DNA of 28,772 nucleotides from a virus (lineage: Duplodnaviria > Caudoviricetes): IMG/VR virus record IMGVR_UViG_3300037423_000848, positions 1 to 28,772 of that record; one strand, written 5' to 3'. Shown here piece by piece: positions 17,764 through 26,311 of the stretch; the first letter of the stretch is position 1, and every line of letters starts with the position of its first letter. A model generated the notes under the pieces. It had not been told where the DNA came from, did not search any database, and saw nothing but the letters and a program-made list of their open reading frames with translations. The position numbers and the translations under genes are program-made.

Positions 17764-18840
17764 TTAGAAGCCGAAGTAGAGAGTCTCGAGCGGGCGATAC
17801 GCCAAGACACCGGTGAACTGACCATAGGCAGCGTTCTGGAACGAGAAATTGTCCAGAGAGTTTGCCAAGGTGGTCGTGTAATTCAGAGGAATATCCATGC
17901 GGACCGACTCCTCGTCGTAACGGGTAAGGACGTACATTTGGGTCGAAAGACCGCTGTATGCCTTATCGCCGTATGCGAGTGGCAGAATCTTGAAATTAGG
18001 ATTCTGAGTGATGCGCTTGAAGGTATCTTCCAAAACTTCGATGATCGACTTGATCGGGAAGCTTGGAGATGCTTGATTTGCCAATTGGTTGAAATCAGAC
18101 TCTGGCACGATCAAGCGATCTGGATATGCCGTGCGTTGGCAGTTGTTGCGGTAAGCCTCGAGAGCTGCACCAGGGAAAGCCGCCAATGCCGTCACGGAGA
18201 GTTGCGCGATTGGCGTAGTGAGCAACGTAGCATTGAAAGTAATGCCTGCTTGGTTCAAAAGACCCATGCACTTGCCACCTGATGCGTTCAATCCGCGAGC
18301 GCCCAAGAAAGCGATACGTTGAAGACCGAGGTCCCAGTTTTTCTTACGGGCCTTTTCCTTCGCAGTGATCAAATCCCAGTTGCCAGACATTGCAGCATAC
18401 TCGAGATCGAAAATAGACCAGCCGATAGCCTTTGCCCAAGGAAACACTTGGATGTTAAGGGAATCGACAGCAGCGTCAGCAGATGCCATCTTGCTGTTTT
18501 GACCGCCGGTGTTGATGATGCCGGTTTCGAATTCATCGGCTACATCGAACGAACGGAAGGTGGTCAGATTCGTAGAGAACCGGCCCTCACCTACGCGAAC
18601 TGGCAGGTAATCAGCGAATGGGATTTGATAGAGCTTTTGCTCAGAAACCTTCTTCGCAATGGAGGTCAAAGTGGTGATCGCAGCTTCGTAACCGATTGCG
18701 TTCAGCATCGGAGTTTCTTCGTGCTGACCGAATTGGTTTTGAAGCTTTTGAGACATCCACTTCACGTTGTGCTTTTCGCGAGCGTTGAGAGTGATTGGTT
18801 CACCCTTAGAGTTCAAAATAACTGGCTTCTTGAATTTCAT
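17764..18840 (-). CDS. Major capsid protein (HK97 fold, DUF2184/encapsulin-like)
   Basis: WSIFDLEYAA, IAFLG, GLLNQ, PDRLIVP, TGVLAYRP motifs; follows the decoration gene and precedes a terminator. Confidence 0.92.
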   Translation of the reverse strand: MKFKKPVILNSKGEPITLNAREKHNVKWMSQKLQNQFGQHEETPMLNAIGYEAAITTLTSIAKKVSEQKLYQIPFADYLPVRVGEGRFSTNLTTFRSFDVADEFETGIINTGGQNSKMASADAAVDSLNIQVFPWAKAIGWSIFDLEYAAMSGNWDLITAKEKARKKNWDLGLQRIAFLGARGLNASGGKCMGLLNQAGITFNATLLTTPIAQLSVTALAAFPGAALEAYRNNCQRTAYPDRLIVPESDFNQLANQASPSFPIKSIIEVLEDTFKRITQNPNFKILPLAYGDKAYSGLSTQMYVLTRYDEESVRMDIPLNYTTTLANSLDNFSFQNAAYGQFTGVLAYRPLETLYFGF

Positions 18841-18864
18841 GGATTCTGATCCTTTCCCTATAAA

Positions 18865-19626
18865 TTAAGCGAACTGGAAGCTCGGTGCAGAGAGCACCAC
18901 GCGAATCAAAGCGCCTGCAGCAGGAGCCTTGTCGAATGCATAACCAACGATGCTTGCGCCGCTGGAGTTGACCTTCGAAGCCACAGCACCTGGGCTCGAA
19001 ACATCGAGCTGAACTTGAGCGCCGCGAGCGATCGCGCCAGTTGCATAGAGATAGATAGCATTGCCAGCGAGCGAGAGCTCACATGGAGAGCCTGCTACGA
19101 ATGCAACAGTCTTCATATCGAAGTTGATGAAACCAAACACTTGGTCGGAGTTGGCGGTACATGCGACAACCTTTGGAATCCCGTCAGCGCTGTCGACGAT
19201 TTTCACAGCTTGACCAGCGTAGAGGTTACCAGATTGGCTTGCGTCGATTTGCGCGGAAATCGTGTTGTTGCACATGCGCAAATCTACGGTTCCAAGAAGC
19301 GTGGATTGAGCGAATTGATTTTGGCCCAAGGTAGACGCATTCGTGGTCGCCACGGCGAGCTGAGCGCTGGTGCCAGCGACAGAGCCAGAGTCGGTTGCGA
19401 TGACCTTGTAATAGTATTGGGTGTTTGGAATGAGGCCAGAATCGTTCAGAGTGAGCGACGTTGCACCTGCGATAATGTTACCTGCACCTGGAGTAAATCC
19501 AGACGTCGTGGAACGATACCATTGGTATGTGTATGGTGCGGTACCGCCAGTTGCTGCAGCACTTGAGAGCTGAGCGGTCGTCGAACCAACTGAAACCTGA
19601 CTTAATGCGCCTGCCGTAGTAGCCAT
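18865..19626 (-). CDS. Capsid decoration/cement protein with N-terminal FN3-like domain
   Basis: N-terminal YTYQWYRST...LNDSGLIPNTQYYYKVIATDS (FN3 signature); C-terminal AGQAVKI...ATGAIARGAQV...GYAFDKA.AAGALIRV cement-like domain. Confidence 0.82.
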   Translation of the reverse strand: MATTAGALSQVSVGSTTAQLSSAAATGGTAPYTYQWYRSTTSGFTPGAGNIIAGATSLTLNDSGLIPNTQYYYKVIATDSGSVAGTSAQLAVATTNASTLGQNQFAQSTLLGTVDLRMCNNTISAQIDASQSGNLYAGQAVKIVDSADGIPKVVACTANSDQVFGFINFDMKTVAFVAGSPCELSLAGNAIYLYATGAIARGAQVQLDVSSPGAVASKVNSSGASIVGYAFDKAPAAGALIRVVLSAPSFQFA

Positions 19627-19675
19627 TCTCTATTCTCCTTATTTATTTATTCGAACGGATGATCACCTATGAGCC

Positions 19676-20812
19676 TTAAGCTCCGTAGAGAGAACGTCCG
19701 CGGGCGACTTGATCGGTCAACGTTTCAATCACAACGGTTTGTTCAACCGTCGCTGCAATGTGAGCGTTGCGAAGAGCGTCGGCCTTCTTCTTCGCTTCAG
19801 CTTTCTTTTCAGCTGCTACGGAGTTCTTCTTCGCAGCTTCAATTTCTTCCTCTTCATGCTCGACAAGGTCTTCAGCAGCTTCTTTAGCTTCCTTGTCGTC
19901 CATGTTTTCTTTTTCTTCTTTTGGCTCTTTGACTTCTTTTTCTTCAGCCGCGTCTTCGACCTTTTTATCCTTAGGTTCCATTTCGGATTCTTCAGACTGC
20001 TCTTGCTTGCCTTTCAGCTCAGCAAGCTCGTTCATGCACTGAAGGTGCTTTTCAACGAGTTCGTTGACGGACATCTCGTTCTCGCCAACTTTCACGCGGT
20101 GCTCGCCATCGGCATAACCGTTCATGTTCATGACCTTGTCCATTTGAGTGACGAGATCAGTGATAGAGACTTCCTTTTTGCTCTTAGGAAGCTCGACCAT
20201 CATGCCTTCCAGGTCCACAGTGTTCTCGACCTTGGCGCGTTTGAAAAAGTTCAATTTCATTTTGGTTTCTCCTTGTTCTTCTTTCGAATTGGCAATCCGG
20301 AGAAGTTCTACGCGCTTTGATTCGTTGTAAGCTTTGAACTCTTCCGGAGTCATAATGACCGACTCTTCGTAGCGAGGGTTTTTAACGATCGCTAAATGCT
20401 CGTACTCGCCATTCTTGATTTGCTTGGCGTAATCGACACCGTTCCACATGCCGCCCTTGCCATCAGCGGTTGGATAGTACGCGTTAGAGAGGCGCATGCC
20501 GGACTTAATGGCGCGCTCAGCTCGATCGGTCACGGTGATGAATTTCACCCAGTGCTTGCCATCAGCGGAATTGTAAAAGCTCTCGATAACCCAGCCTTCG
20601 GCTTCTTTTCTAAGCTCGTCGAGGTTTTGCTCAACCTCATCGACGTGCTCGATGAAGATAGGCTTACCGGCGAATGTCGGATCCATGGCCCGAAGCGTGT
20701 CTTCGTTCAAAAACACGCGGTATGGATCTTTTCCTGGTTCGCGATATTCAGCGACTCCAGGATAGAAGTGCATGCCGTACCAAATTTTTCCGCCCGAGTT
20801 TAGAAGTTTCAT
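19676..20812 (-). CDS. Prohead protease with C-terminal scaffold (DUF2213-like)
   Basis: GVAEY, TFAGKPIFIEH, LSNAY, G.WNGVDY..QI....EHLAIVKNPR; acidic/Lys-rich scaffold tail. Confidence 0.88.
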   Translation of the reverse strand: MKLLNSGGKIWYGMHFYPGVAEYREPGKDPYRVFLNEDTLRAMDPTFAGKPIFIEHVDEVEQNLDELRKEAEGWVIESFYNSADGKHWVKFITVTDRAERAIKSGMRLSNAYYPTADGKGGMWNGVDYAKQIKNGEYEHLAIVKNPRYEESVIMTPEEFKAYNESKRVELLRIANSKEEQGETKMKLNFFKRAKVENTVDLEGMMVELPKSKKEVSITDLVTQMDKVMNMNGYADGEHRVKVGENEMSVNELVEKHLQCMNELAELKGKQEQSEESEMEPKDKKVEDAAEEKEVKEPKEEKENMDDKEAKEAAEDLVEHEEEEIEAAKKNSVAAEKKAEAKKKADALRNAHIAATVEQTVVIETLTDQVARGRSLYGA

Positions 20813-21030
20813 GTGTCGTTGCTTTTGATCTGCCCGCTGCTAGCGCATCGGCAGATTGGGTGGGAAATTAACGAAACACCTGCAACGAGCGGAGCAACAC
20901 CCGCGCAGGTGCGATTTACTGATTGGTTGTGGTGGGCTTTTGAGAAAGAGACGACAACCGATGCAAAAGCAGCGGACTGACCGACGAAACAGTGAGTTAC
21001 GATCAGAGCGACCCGAAACAAAATGTTCAT
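20809..21030 (-). CDS. Possible small ORF (73 aa) coupled to the protease start; may instead be a structured leader
   Basis: Stop overlaps the protease ATG (ATGA) and the N-terminus is hydrophobic, but there is no SD. Confidence 0.3.
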   Translation of the reverse strand: MNILFRVALIVTHCFVGQSAAFASVVVSFSKAHHNQSVNRTCAGVAPLVAGVSLISHPICRCASSGQIKSNDT

Positions 21031-21088
21031 TCGTAATTCATGCTACGAACAAAGAAGCGGCTTTGCCTTATGAGATATTGCCGGATTT

Positions 21089-21103
21089 CGGCAGATTCTG
21101 CCG
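21089..21103. promoter_or_regulatory. Perfect 15-bp palindrome, candidate operator
   Basis: CGGCAGA-T-TCTGCCG in the gap upstream of the protease/capsid genes; a near-copy lies at 27910-27922. Confidence 0.45.
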
Positions 21104-21108
21104 GAATT

Positions 21109-22104
21109 TCAAAATCTCACGACAGGATGTGCTTTACATCGGCAGTTAAAGTCTTCGCCCGGATTCAAATTGTTGCCTGGTTTTGTGACTCCGCCAGGCT
21201 TCCGACGACCATGATCATCGATCTCGTACGGGCTATCAAAGCGGAATCTCCTTCCGTCGCACTTCTTGTGTTCAGGCCGCACAGGGTGAGCAGAGGTTCC
21301 ATGAACGCACTTCCAGGTAAACTCCTCGATGCCAGACTCTATGTATCTTGCTTCGGTGTACTTACTGAGAAGCAGACTTGTTTCCTGACGAGCCAGGAAC
21401 TTCGCTTTATTGCTACTGACCTGAAATGAGTACTCGATGTGCTTTTGAGCCGACTCAAAGCGATTGCCCGCGAACGTGCTAGATTTGATTTCAGATCTAA
21501 GCTTGACGATTTCCTTCTCTGCAAAGCCCTTAACCCAAAGCTTCATATTGCTTTGCCACTGCTCTGAAATCTTCTGACGCTGCTCTTTGGATAACCTTGG
21601 AGCAATAGTTAGGCGCTGAACTGTTTCTTGAAACTCGCGATCCAGACGAGAGAGATTTCGATTGAAGTCGTCCGTGATCTCCAGCTTCTCCGCTATCTTT
21701 TCTGGATCGACTTTATCAAGGAACTTCGCCACCTTTTCCAGCTTCGATGAAAATCGGCCATTGCCCATTGCAATCGCTTCTCTGAGCTCGGGCGAGAAAT
21801 TATCTTCAGACAGCCTCCAGCCATTCATGCGCGTATCCCAATGAGCACCCATTCGTCTCAACTCACGAGATATAGAGCCATTGAACTTTCCCAAAAATAT
21901 TCCATCACCGTAGACGATGCGCCCAGAGCGCAGGGCTCCAAGCACATCGTCCAGAGAGTTCGTGAGAGTAGCATGGATTGGGTAGGATAACTCACGAACA
22001 ATGGGCAAATAGATCTCACGCTTTAGAAGCGCCAGAATCTTTTTCTCGATCGACTCATAATCCTCGGTCGACTCTGTGATGGGTTTTAGATGAATGGTCT
22101 TCAT
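21109..22104 (-). CDS. Head morphogenesis/minor head protein (SPP1 gp7/Mu gpF family)
   Basis: KAKFLARQET, GIEEFTW, VRPEH...DGRRFRFD.P, PGEDFNCRC.A.PV motifs. Confidence 0.92.
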   Translation of the reverse strand: MKTIHLKPITESTEDYESIEKKILALLKREIYLPIVRELSYPIHATLTNSLDDVLGALRSGRIVYGDGIFLGKFNGSISRELRRMGAHWDTRMNGWRLSEDNFSPELREAIAMGNGRFSSKLEKVAKFLDKVDPEKIAEKLEITDDFNRNLSRLDREFQETVQRLTIAPRLSKEQRQKISEQWQSNMKLWVKGFAEKEIVKLRSEIKSSTFAGNRFESAQKHIEYSFQVSSNKAKFLARQETSLLLSKYTEARYIESGIEEFTWKCVHGTSAHPVRPEHKKCDGRRFRFDSPYEIDDHGRRKPGGVTKPGNNLNPGEDFNCRCKAHPVVRF

Positions 22105-22340
22105 GCGATTGGCGTAAGAGGCGGATCATTGATAAGTGATAGGATTCCGTCTGTTTCTCGAAGTAGTCCGCTGGTCTGACGCTTTAGCCTGTGATTCGTA
22201 ATATCCAAAACAGGTGCTACCTTCTGAGAATCCTTCCTCGGAATAGGAGGAGCGCACTTCGCGTGATAGCGAAAGTTTCCATCCACGACCGCAGGGCCAG
22301 AAATTTCGCGTCCGCATTTTGCGCAATACCTCACGTTCAT
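22101..22340 (-). CDS. Small zinc-finger protein (C-x2-C-x16-H-x2-C)
   Basis: YCAKCGREISGPAVVDGNFRYHAKC; ATGA overlaps at both ends. Confidence 0.7.
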   Translation of the reverse strand: MNVRYCAKCGREISGPAVVDGNFRYHAKCAPPIPRKDSQKVAPVLDITNHRLKRQTSGLLRETDGILSLINDPPLTPIA

Positions 22341-22687
22341 TGCATAGGCTCCGCTGGATATACTGTCAGCATATTGCGACCTCGGAAGTACTGTGGAGAG
22401 CCTCCAATTACGATCTCGGTTACGATCTCTTTGTGCTCACCTTCTCCGCAAGCTGCAGTGTCGGCAGTTCCTAGAGCTAGAGTAAACTGCCCCTCTGTAG
22501 CGTTTACAATCGTATGCTGACCATCTGGAAAGGTCACAGGTCCTACGCCGTTAGGTCCTTGGATCTGCGTGCTAAACGTGGCCAATGAAATATCTACAGG
22601 GTTTCCCCGATCATCTGTCGCCGTAAAGCTTAGGAGCGTTGCATCGCCTTGAGTGAATGTGTACGGACTATCCGCTTTCAGAAGCAT
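22337..22687 (-). CDS. Single Ig-like beta-sandwich protein (BppU N-terminal-like)
   Basis: FTQGD...L.F...D..G.PVDIS.AT...I, IVNATEGQFTL.L...DT pattern; GAGG SD. Confidence 0.7.
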   Translation of the reverse strand: MLLKADSPYTFTQGDATLLSFTATDDRGNPVDISLATFSTQIQGPNGVGPVTFPDGQHTIVNATEGQFTLALGTADTAACGEGEHKEIVTEIVIGGSPQYFRGRNMLTVYPAEPMQ

Positions 22688-23024
22688 TTGCTTTTAACCT
22701 CTCTTCGTTCTCTTTTGTGATGAAGACTAACTGCGGTCTAAGCATCTGCTCACGATACTGGTTGGCTTGCTCGTTGGTTACGATTGCGGGCAGCTTGTTC
22801 AGGCAACACCTTTTGAACTTCTTTCCGCTCTGACACGGGCACGGGTTGTTCCGTGGTAGATCCCTGAGTGGATTCCAATCGTGCCCCTCCAACGGTTTCC
22901 TCGCTCTTGGCTTGTTCTGGTTTCGATGCTGGAGTTGGCGCTGGTGCTGGAGGAACTTGTCCACGCTGTCTGGCGAGGAAGTGTTCGTTTGCTCGTTTAC
23001 GCTCTTCTTCTCTTCGCTTTGCAT
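22668..23024 (-). CDS. SEC-C zinc-binding motif protein (118 aa), overprinted on the Fis-like HTH gene
   Basis: PRNNPCPCQSGKKFKRCC matches the SEC-C consensus; ATG 23024 has GGAGG 6 nt upstream. Confidence 0.8.
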   Translation of the reverse strand: MQSEEKKSVNEQTNTSSPDSVDKFLQHQRQLQHRNQNKPRARKPLEGHDWNPLRDLPRNNPCPCQSGKKFKRCCLNKLPAIVTNEQANQYREQMLRPQLVFITKENEERLKANASESG

Positions 23025-23199
23025 CCTTGTCCTCCATGTCGTACTTTTCAATTCTTGCGTCCAACGTGCGAATAGCAATTCCAAGCGCTTGCGCCGTCGA
23101 CGTCTTGTTGAACTTGAAATAAGTGAGCGCCTTCAAGATCACTTGCTTTTCGACTTGCTCCAGAGTCACTCCTGGACTCCACATGATATAGTCGTTCAT
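22750..23199 (-). CDS. Fis/NtrC-type HTH (HTH_8) protein with disordered C-terminus
   Basis: TLEQVEKQVILKALTYFKFNKTSTAQALGIAIRTLDARIEKY; ATG 23199 with GGAGG SD and ATGA overlap. Confidence 0.85.
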   Translation of the reverse strand: MNDYIMWSPGVTLEQVEKQVILKALTYFKFNKTSTAQALGIAIRTLDARIEKYDMEDKDAKRREEERKRANEHFLARQRGQVPPAPAPTPASKPEQAKSEETVGGARLESTQGSTTEQPVPVSERKEVQKVLPEQAARNRNQRASQPVS

Positions 23200-23426
23200 T
23201 TTTCTCTCCTCCCATAAAGCGACCATTGCATCGTCCCTGACTCGATAGACAATCCGAGTTCGTCTACCGCTTCAGCTCTCTCTTTTTTCAGTACGCAACC
23301 TTGTGCGTGATGGCGCTTGCATAGCGCCTCGATAGTCGTGTGATTCTTTTTCAGAAAGTCTTGGTATCCAGAGAAGTTCTCCGAAGGACCAACCCAAAGC
23401 ACCGCGAGAAGCGATAGCGTTCCCAT
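23196..23426 (-). CDS. Hypothetical protein (76 aa)
   Basis: TAATG overlap with the portal stop and ATGA overlap with the next gene. Confidence 0.6.
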   Translation of the reverse strand: MGTLSLLAVLWVGPSENFSGYQDFLKKNHTTIEALCKRHHAQGCVLKKERAEAVDELGLSIESGTMQWSLYGRREK

Positions 23427-24934
23427 TATTGGTCATCCGTTTCTGGCTTTGCTTCCTTCTTGAGATCCTTCATTTCTGAGCTGTCGCTAGCGTCTGAGGG
23501 CAACTTGTTGCCGTCCGAGGCCACGTCTTGAAGCTCTGGATCGTTTGGATCCAGCATCTCTGCCTTCGTATCGAGCTTAATATCGAAGAGGTCACCCTTG
23601 TTCGCAGCGTCGCGGAATTCCTGTGTGGTAAGTTCCGCACGCTCTTTCGCCTGAATGAGGCGATTGAACTTCTGCGTTTTGACGTTTTCTTCTTCCTCCG
23701 CCGACAAAACGCGAAGGGGCTTGAAGTAAATAGCCAGATCGTCAGGGACAAATCCAAAGAGCTTTTGACACTTCAGCTCTAGCATTCTCAAAATGTCGTA
23801 CTTGAGCTTGTTTCGGACTTGAGCCTCGACCATAGAGTTGTAGTTCTCCATGTCGTTCTGGTCTGTCTTGAATCCAGAGCTCGTGCTAGTACCAAAGAGC
23901 TTCGTGATAGGCATGCGCATATCAGCTGCTACCTGCATACGAATGCCTTGCATCGTCTCAGCAAGACCGGCGAACGTGAGCTGCTTATTGTCCCAATCGT
24001 CTTCTGAGTCGAGAACGATGGCGTTCTGATAGTTCTTCTGCCAGTTGGTCTTTCGAATGCGCTCATAGACCTTCTGATGACCGTTTGCAGACATAAGAGT
24101 CGTGACAAGGTTCTTTACCTTGTAGACGTCGACCTTGAACTCATCGAGCACCTCGAAGGCAAGATCGGTGGCCTTCAAGTATTGGTTCATCGAGCGAATG
24201 AGCGCTTCGACAACCGACATGCCCCATCCGCGAAGACGTGGACGCAGAAAGCTAGGTGCAGGCAGAGCCTTCAAGCGAAGCACACGAGACTTATGAAGTC
24301 TGTGGCCATAGTAATCATAGAACTCGAAGTTCTGATTTAGGACTGCCGGATCGTACTCGTCTGTGTCCTGCTTATCTCCGTACAGTTCCCACAGGTCAAC
24401 AGCGCGGAATTCAAGATCCGTATCTTGTCCAATGGCATCAACATCTAACGGCTCCTCTGGATCTTGATCACCCACCAGAATGAGAATCGCAGCGCCGCCA
24501 TAGAGTCTATTCCACTTCCCTGCTTGTGCGGCCGTATTGAGATCGTCGTCTCGGTCTACAGAGATTTTTAGTTTTTCAATCTGCTGCTCATCAAGCTGCT
24601 TGGACTTGATCTCGATACCGCCTCGGAAAGCGTCGTCAACGGGTACGTCGACGATGGTCTGCACGAGCCCGATCTCGACGTAGAGCTGCGATAGGACTTG
24701 GCGGAAGTTCGAGACAAAGTACCAGCGAAGATTTCCATACGCGGAATCAACATTTGAGATCTGTGGTCCGAACGGAGCGCTTTGTCCGAAACCGAAGCCC
24801 TCAAACCCAAAAGCTCCCAGCTCATAACCAGGAGCACTATTCTCAATCTTAGACGGTGCATTAATTACCTGAACTTCGTTTTGAACTACGGTGTTTTGCA
24901 CACGTGCATTTCTGCGTCGATCTCGTTTGCTCAT
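23426..24934 (-). CDS. Portal protein (DUF1073/HI1409-like)
   Basis: IVDVPVDDAFR.G, W.RLYGGAAILI, LHKSRVL, GWGMSV, MPITKLFG.S..G, D..NY, F.PL motifs; follows TerL. Confidence 0.92.
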   Translation of the reverse strand: MSKRDRRRNARVQNTVVQNEVQVINAPSKIENSAPGYELGAFGFEGFGFGQSAPFGPQISNVDSAYGNLRWYFVSNFRQVLSQLYVEIGLVQTIVDVPVDDAFRGGIEIKSKQLDEQQIEKLKISVDRDDDLNTAAQAGKWNRLYGGAAILILVGDQDPEEPLDVDAIGQDTDLEFRAVDLWELYGDKQDTDEYDPAVLNQNFEFYDYYGHRLHKSRVLRLKALPAPSFLRPRLRGWGMSVVEALIRSMNQYLKATDLAFEVLDEFKVDVYKVKNLVTTLMSANGHQKVYERIRKTNWQKNYQNAIVLDSEDDWDNKQLTFAGLAETMQGIRMQVAADMRMPITKLFGTSTSSGFKTDQNDMENYNSMVEAQVRNKLKYDILRMLELKCQKLFGFVPDDLAIYFKPLRVLSAEEEENVKTQKFNRLIQAKERAELTTQEFRDAANKGDLFDIKLDTKAEMLDPNDPELQDVASDGNKLPSDASDSSEMKDLKKEAKPETDDQ

Positions 24935-24946
24935 TCTCTCTCCCCG

Positions 24947-26311
24947 TCACCAAACGTCAAAGCTTGAAAGTCCCTGACCCGCCAACTCGTTAAAAGCACC
25001 CGACAGTACGTCGACTTGGTCGTCGTGCACGCCATCGGGGAAGTTCTCGAGCTCCGTGAAAAAATCCTCGTTCCACGGCGCTCTGAGCACCAAGATGTTG
25101 CCAGCTTCGCTCTGTGCCGATGCCGGCTTTGCACGCGTCAATTTGTCGCTTGTAGGTTTCCTAATTCTTACATCATAGCCTGCCAGCATACGCACGAAAT
25201 TTTCAGCGTCCGCGACGCCAGCTGATCCTGGATCCTGCTCGCCCACGACAGTTACCGTTTGAGAATCATGGCTTGCAGTGTTTTTCACCAGCTGCTCTAC
25301 CCCGCCCGGGGTATCGCGCGTGGACTTAATATCGGCTACGCAGAAGCGACCGTTCGGGTACTTGAACATAAGAAGTCCACGAGTCCAGTCAGGATCTTTG
25401 TTTCCTTCATGGGGCTTAGTCGCTGCTCTATCCCAATAGCGTACAGCTTGAATCCATCCAGCGGGCACAGCATCGACGATAGGAAACCATTGACGCTGAA
25501 ACACGGTTCCAGCAGAGGCTTTCGCTAACCAGTCGCCGTCTTTCAAGCGTGCTCTATCGACACGGTTCAAAGCGAGAAGGTTTCCAAGGTATCCTGGGTC
25601 CTTCTCCATCAGGATCTTGTTGTCATCCAAGCTCGCGGGAATGAAAGTCACGCTCTTGGGCTGGATCTCTTTTCCGCGTCCGTATTTGGCGTAGATCTCC
25701 TCGGGGCTATTTGCCCAGATGAGGTCATCGTTGATACGAATGAAGTATCTCAGTACGCCTGCGCGATCGCGTCGCGCGTACCGTCCCTCATCGTCTAACC
25801 ACCAACGGATAAACTCCTTCACCCATGAATCTGGATCCGGATTGCATGTAGCTCTCACTCTTGGCTTCACGCCGATCGCAGAGCGATTACGAGAAAGCAT
25901 GTAGAAGAATTGATTCTTTGAGAAGTGGCAGAGCTCGTCCCAACCCATCCAAGGCATCTGAGAGCCCTGATAGTTGTGCACGTCCTTCTCGTACTCGAGG
26001 TTTGCAAACGACATCGTCATCTTTGGGAATCGCCACTCGAGTTGATGCTCGCGAGGCCGCCCATTGAACTGAGAGTAGAGTTTCATGCTCTCATCCCAGA
26101 GGCCGCCTTCGGTGCGTACCTGAACGGTCGTGCGACGAAAGATTGTTCCACCGAACCCCTTCGTGTTGTAGTGCCGAAGCGGATCGAGCAGGAGCGCATA
26201 GGTCTTCCCTCCACCTGCGGCACCACCGTAAATCGCGATATCGGCCGGCGAAGCAAGAAACATCGTTTGAGGTCCGGGTTGAGGCCCGATGCGCACGGGC
26301 TCAAAGCTCAT
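24947..26311 (-). CDS. terL: Terminase large subunit
   Basis: PQPGPQ, Walker A YGGAAGGGKT, Walker B-like GWDELCHF, RATCNP, nuclease-domain RYWDRAAT and HDDQVD. Confidence 0.96.
   Translation of the reverse strand: MSFEPVRIGPQPGPQTMFLASPADIAIYGGAAGGGKTYALLLDPLRHYNTKGFGGTIFRRTTVQVRTEGGLWDESMKLYSQFNGRPREHQLEWRFPKMTMSFANLEYEKDVHNYQGSQMPWMGWDELCHFSKNQFFYMLSRNRSAIGVKPRVRATCNPDPDSWVKEFIRWWLDDEGRYARRDRAGVLRYFIRINDDLIWANSPEEIYAKYGRGKEIQPKSVTFIPASLDDNKILMEKDPGYLGNLLALNRVDRARLKDGDWLAKASAGTVFQRQWFPIVDAVPAGWIQAVRYWDRAATKPHEGNKDPDWTRGLLMFKYPNGRFCVADIKSTRDTPGGVEQLVKNTASHDSQTVTVVGEQDPGSAGVADAENFVRMLAGYDVRIRKPTSDKLTRAKPASAQSEAGNILVLRAPWNEDFFTELENFPDGVHDDQVDVLSGAFNELAGQGLSSFDVW

Noticed and set aside
21085-21105. 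Sigma54 promoter at GGCA...TGC
   Set aside because: The GG-to-GC spacing does not match the required GG-N10-GC.
23426-24934. Anti-CBASS Acb1 function for the portal-family gene
   Set aside because: No appended phosphoesterase domain with paired HxT motifs was seen; length and motifs fit a plain portal.
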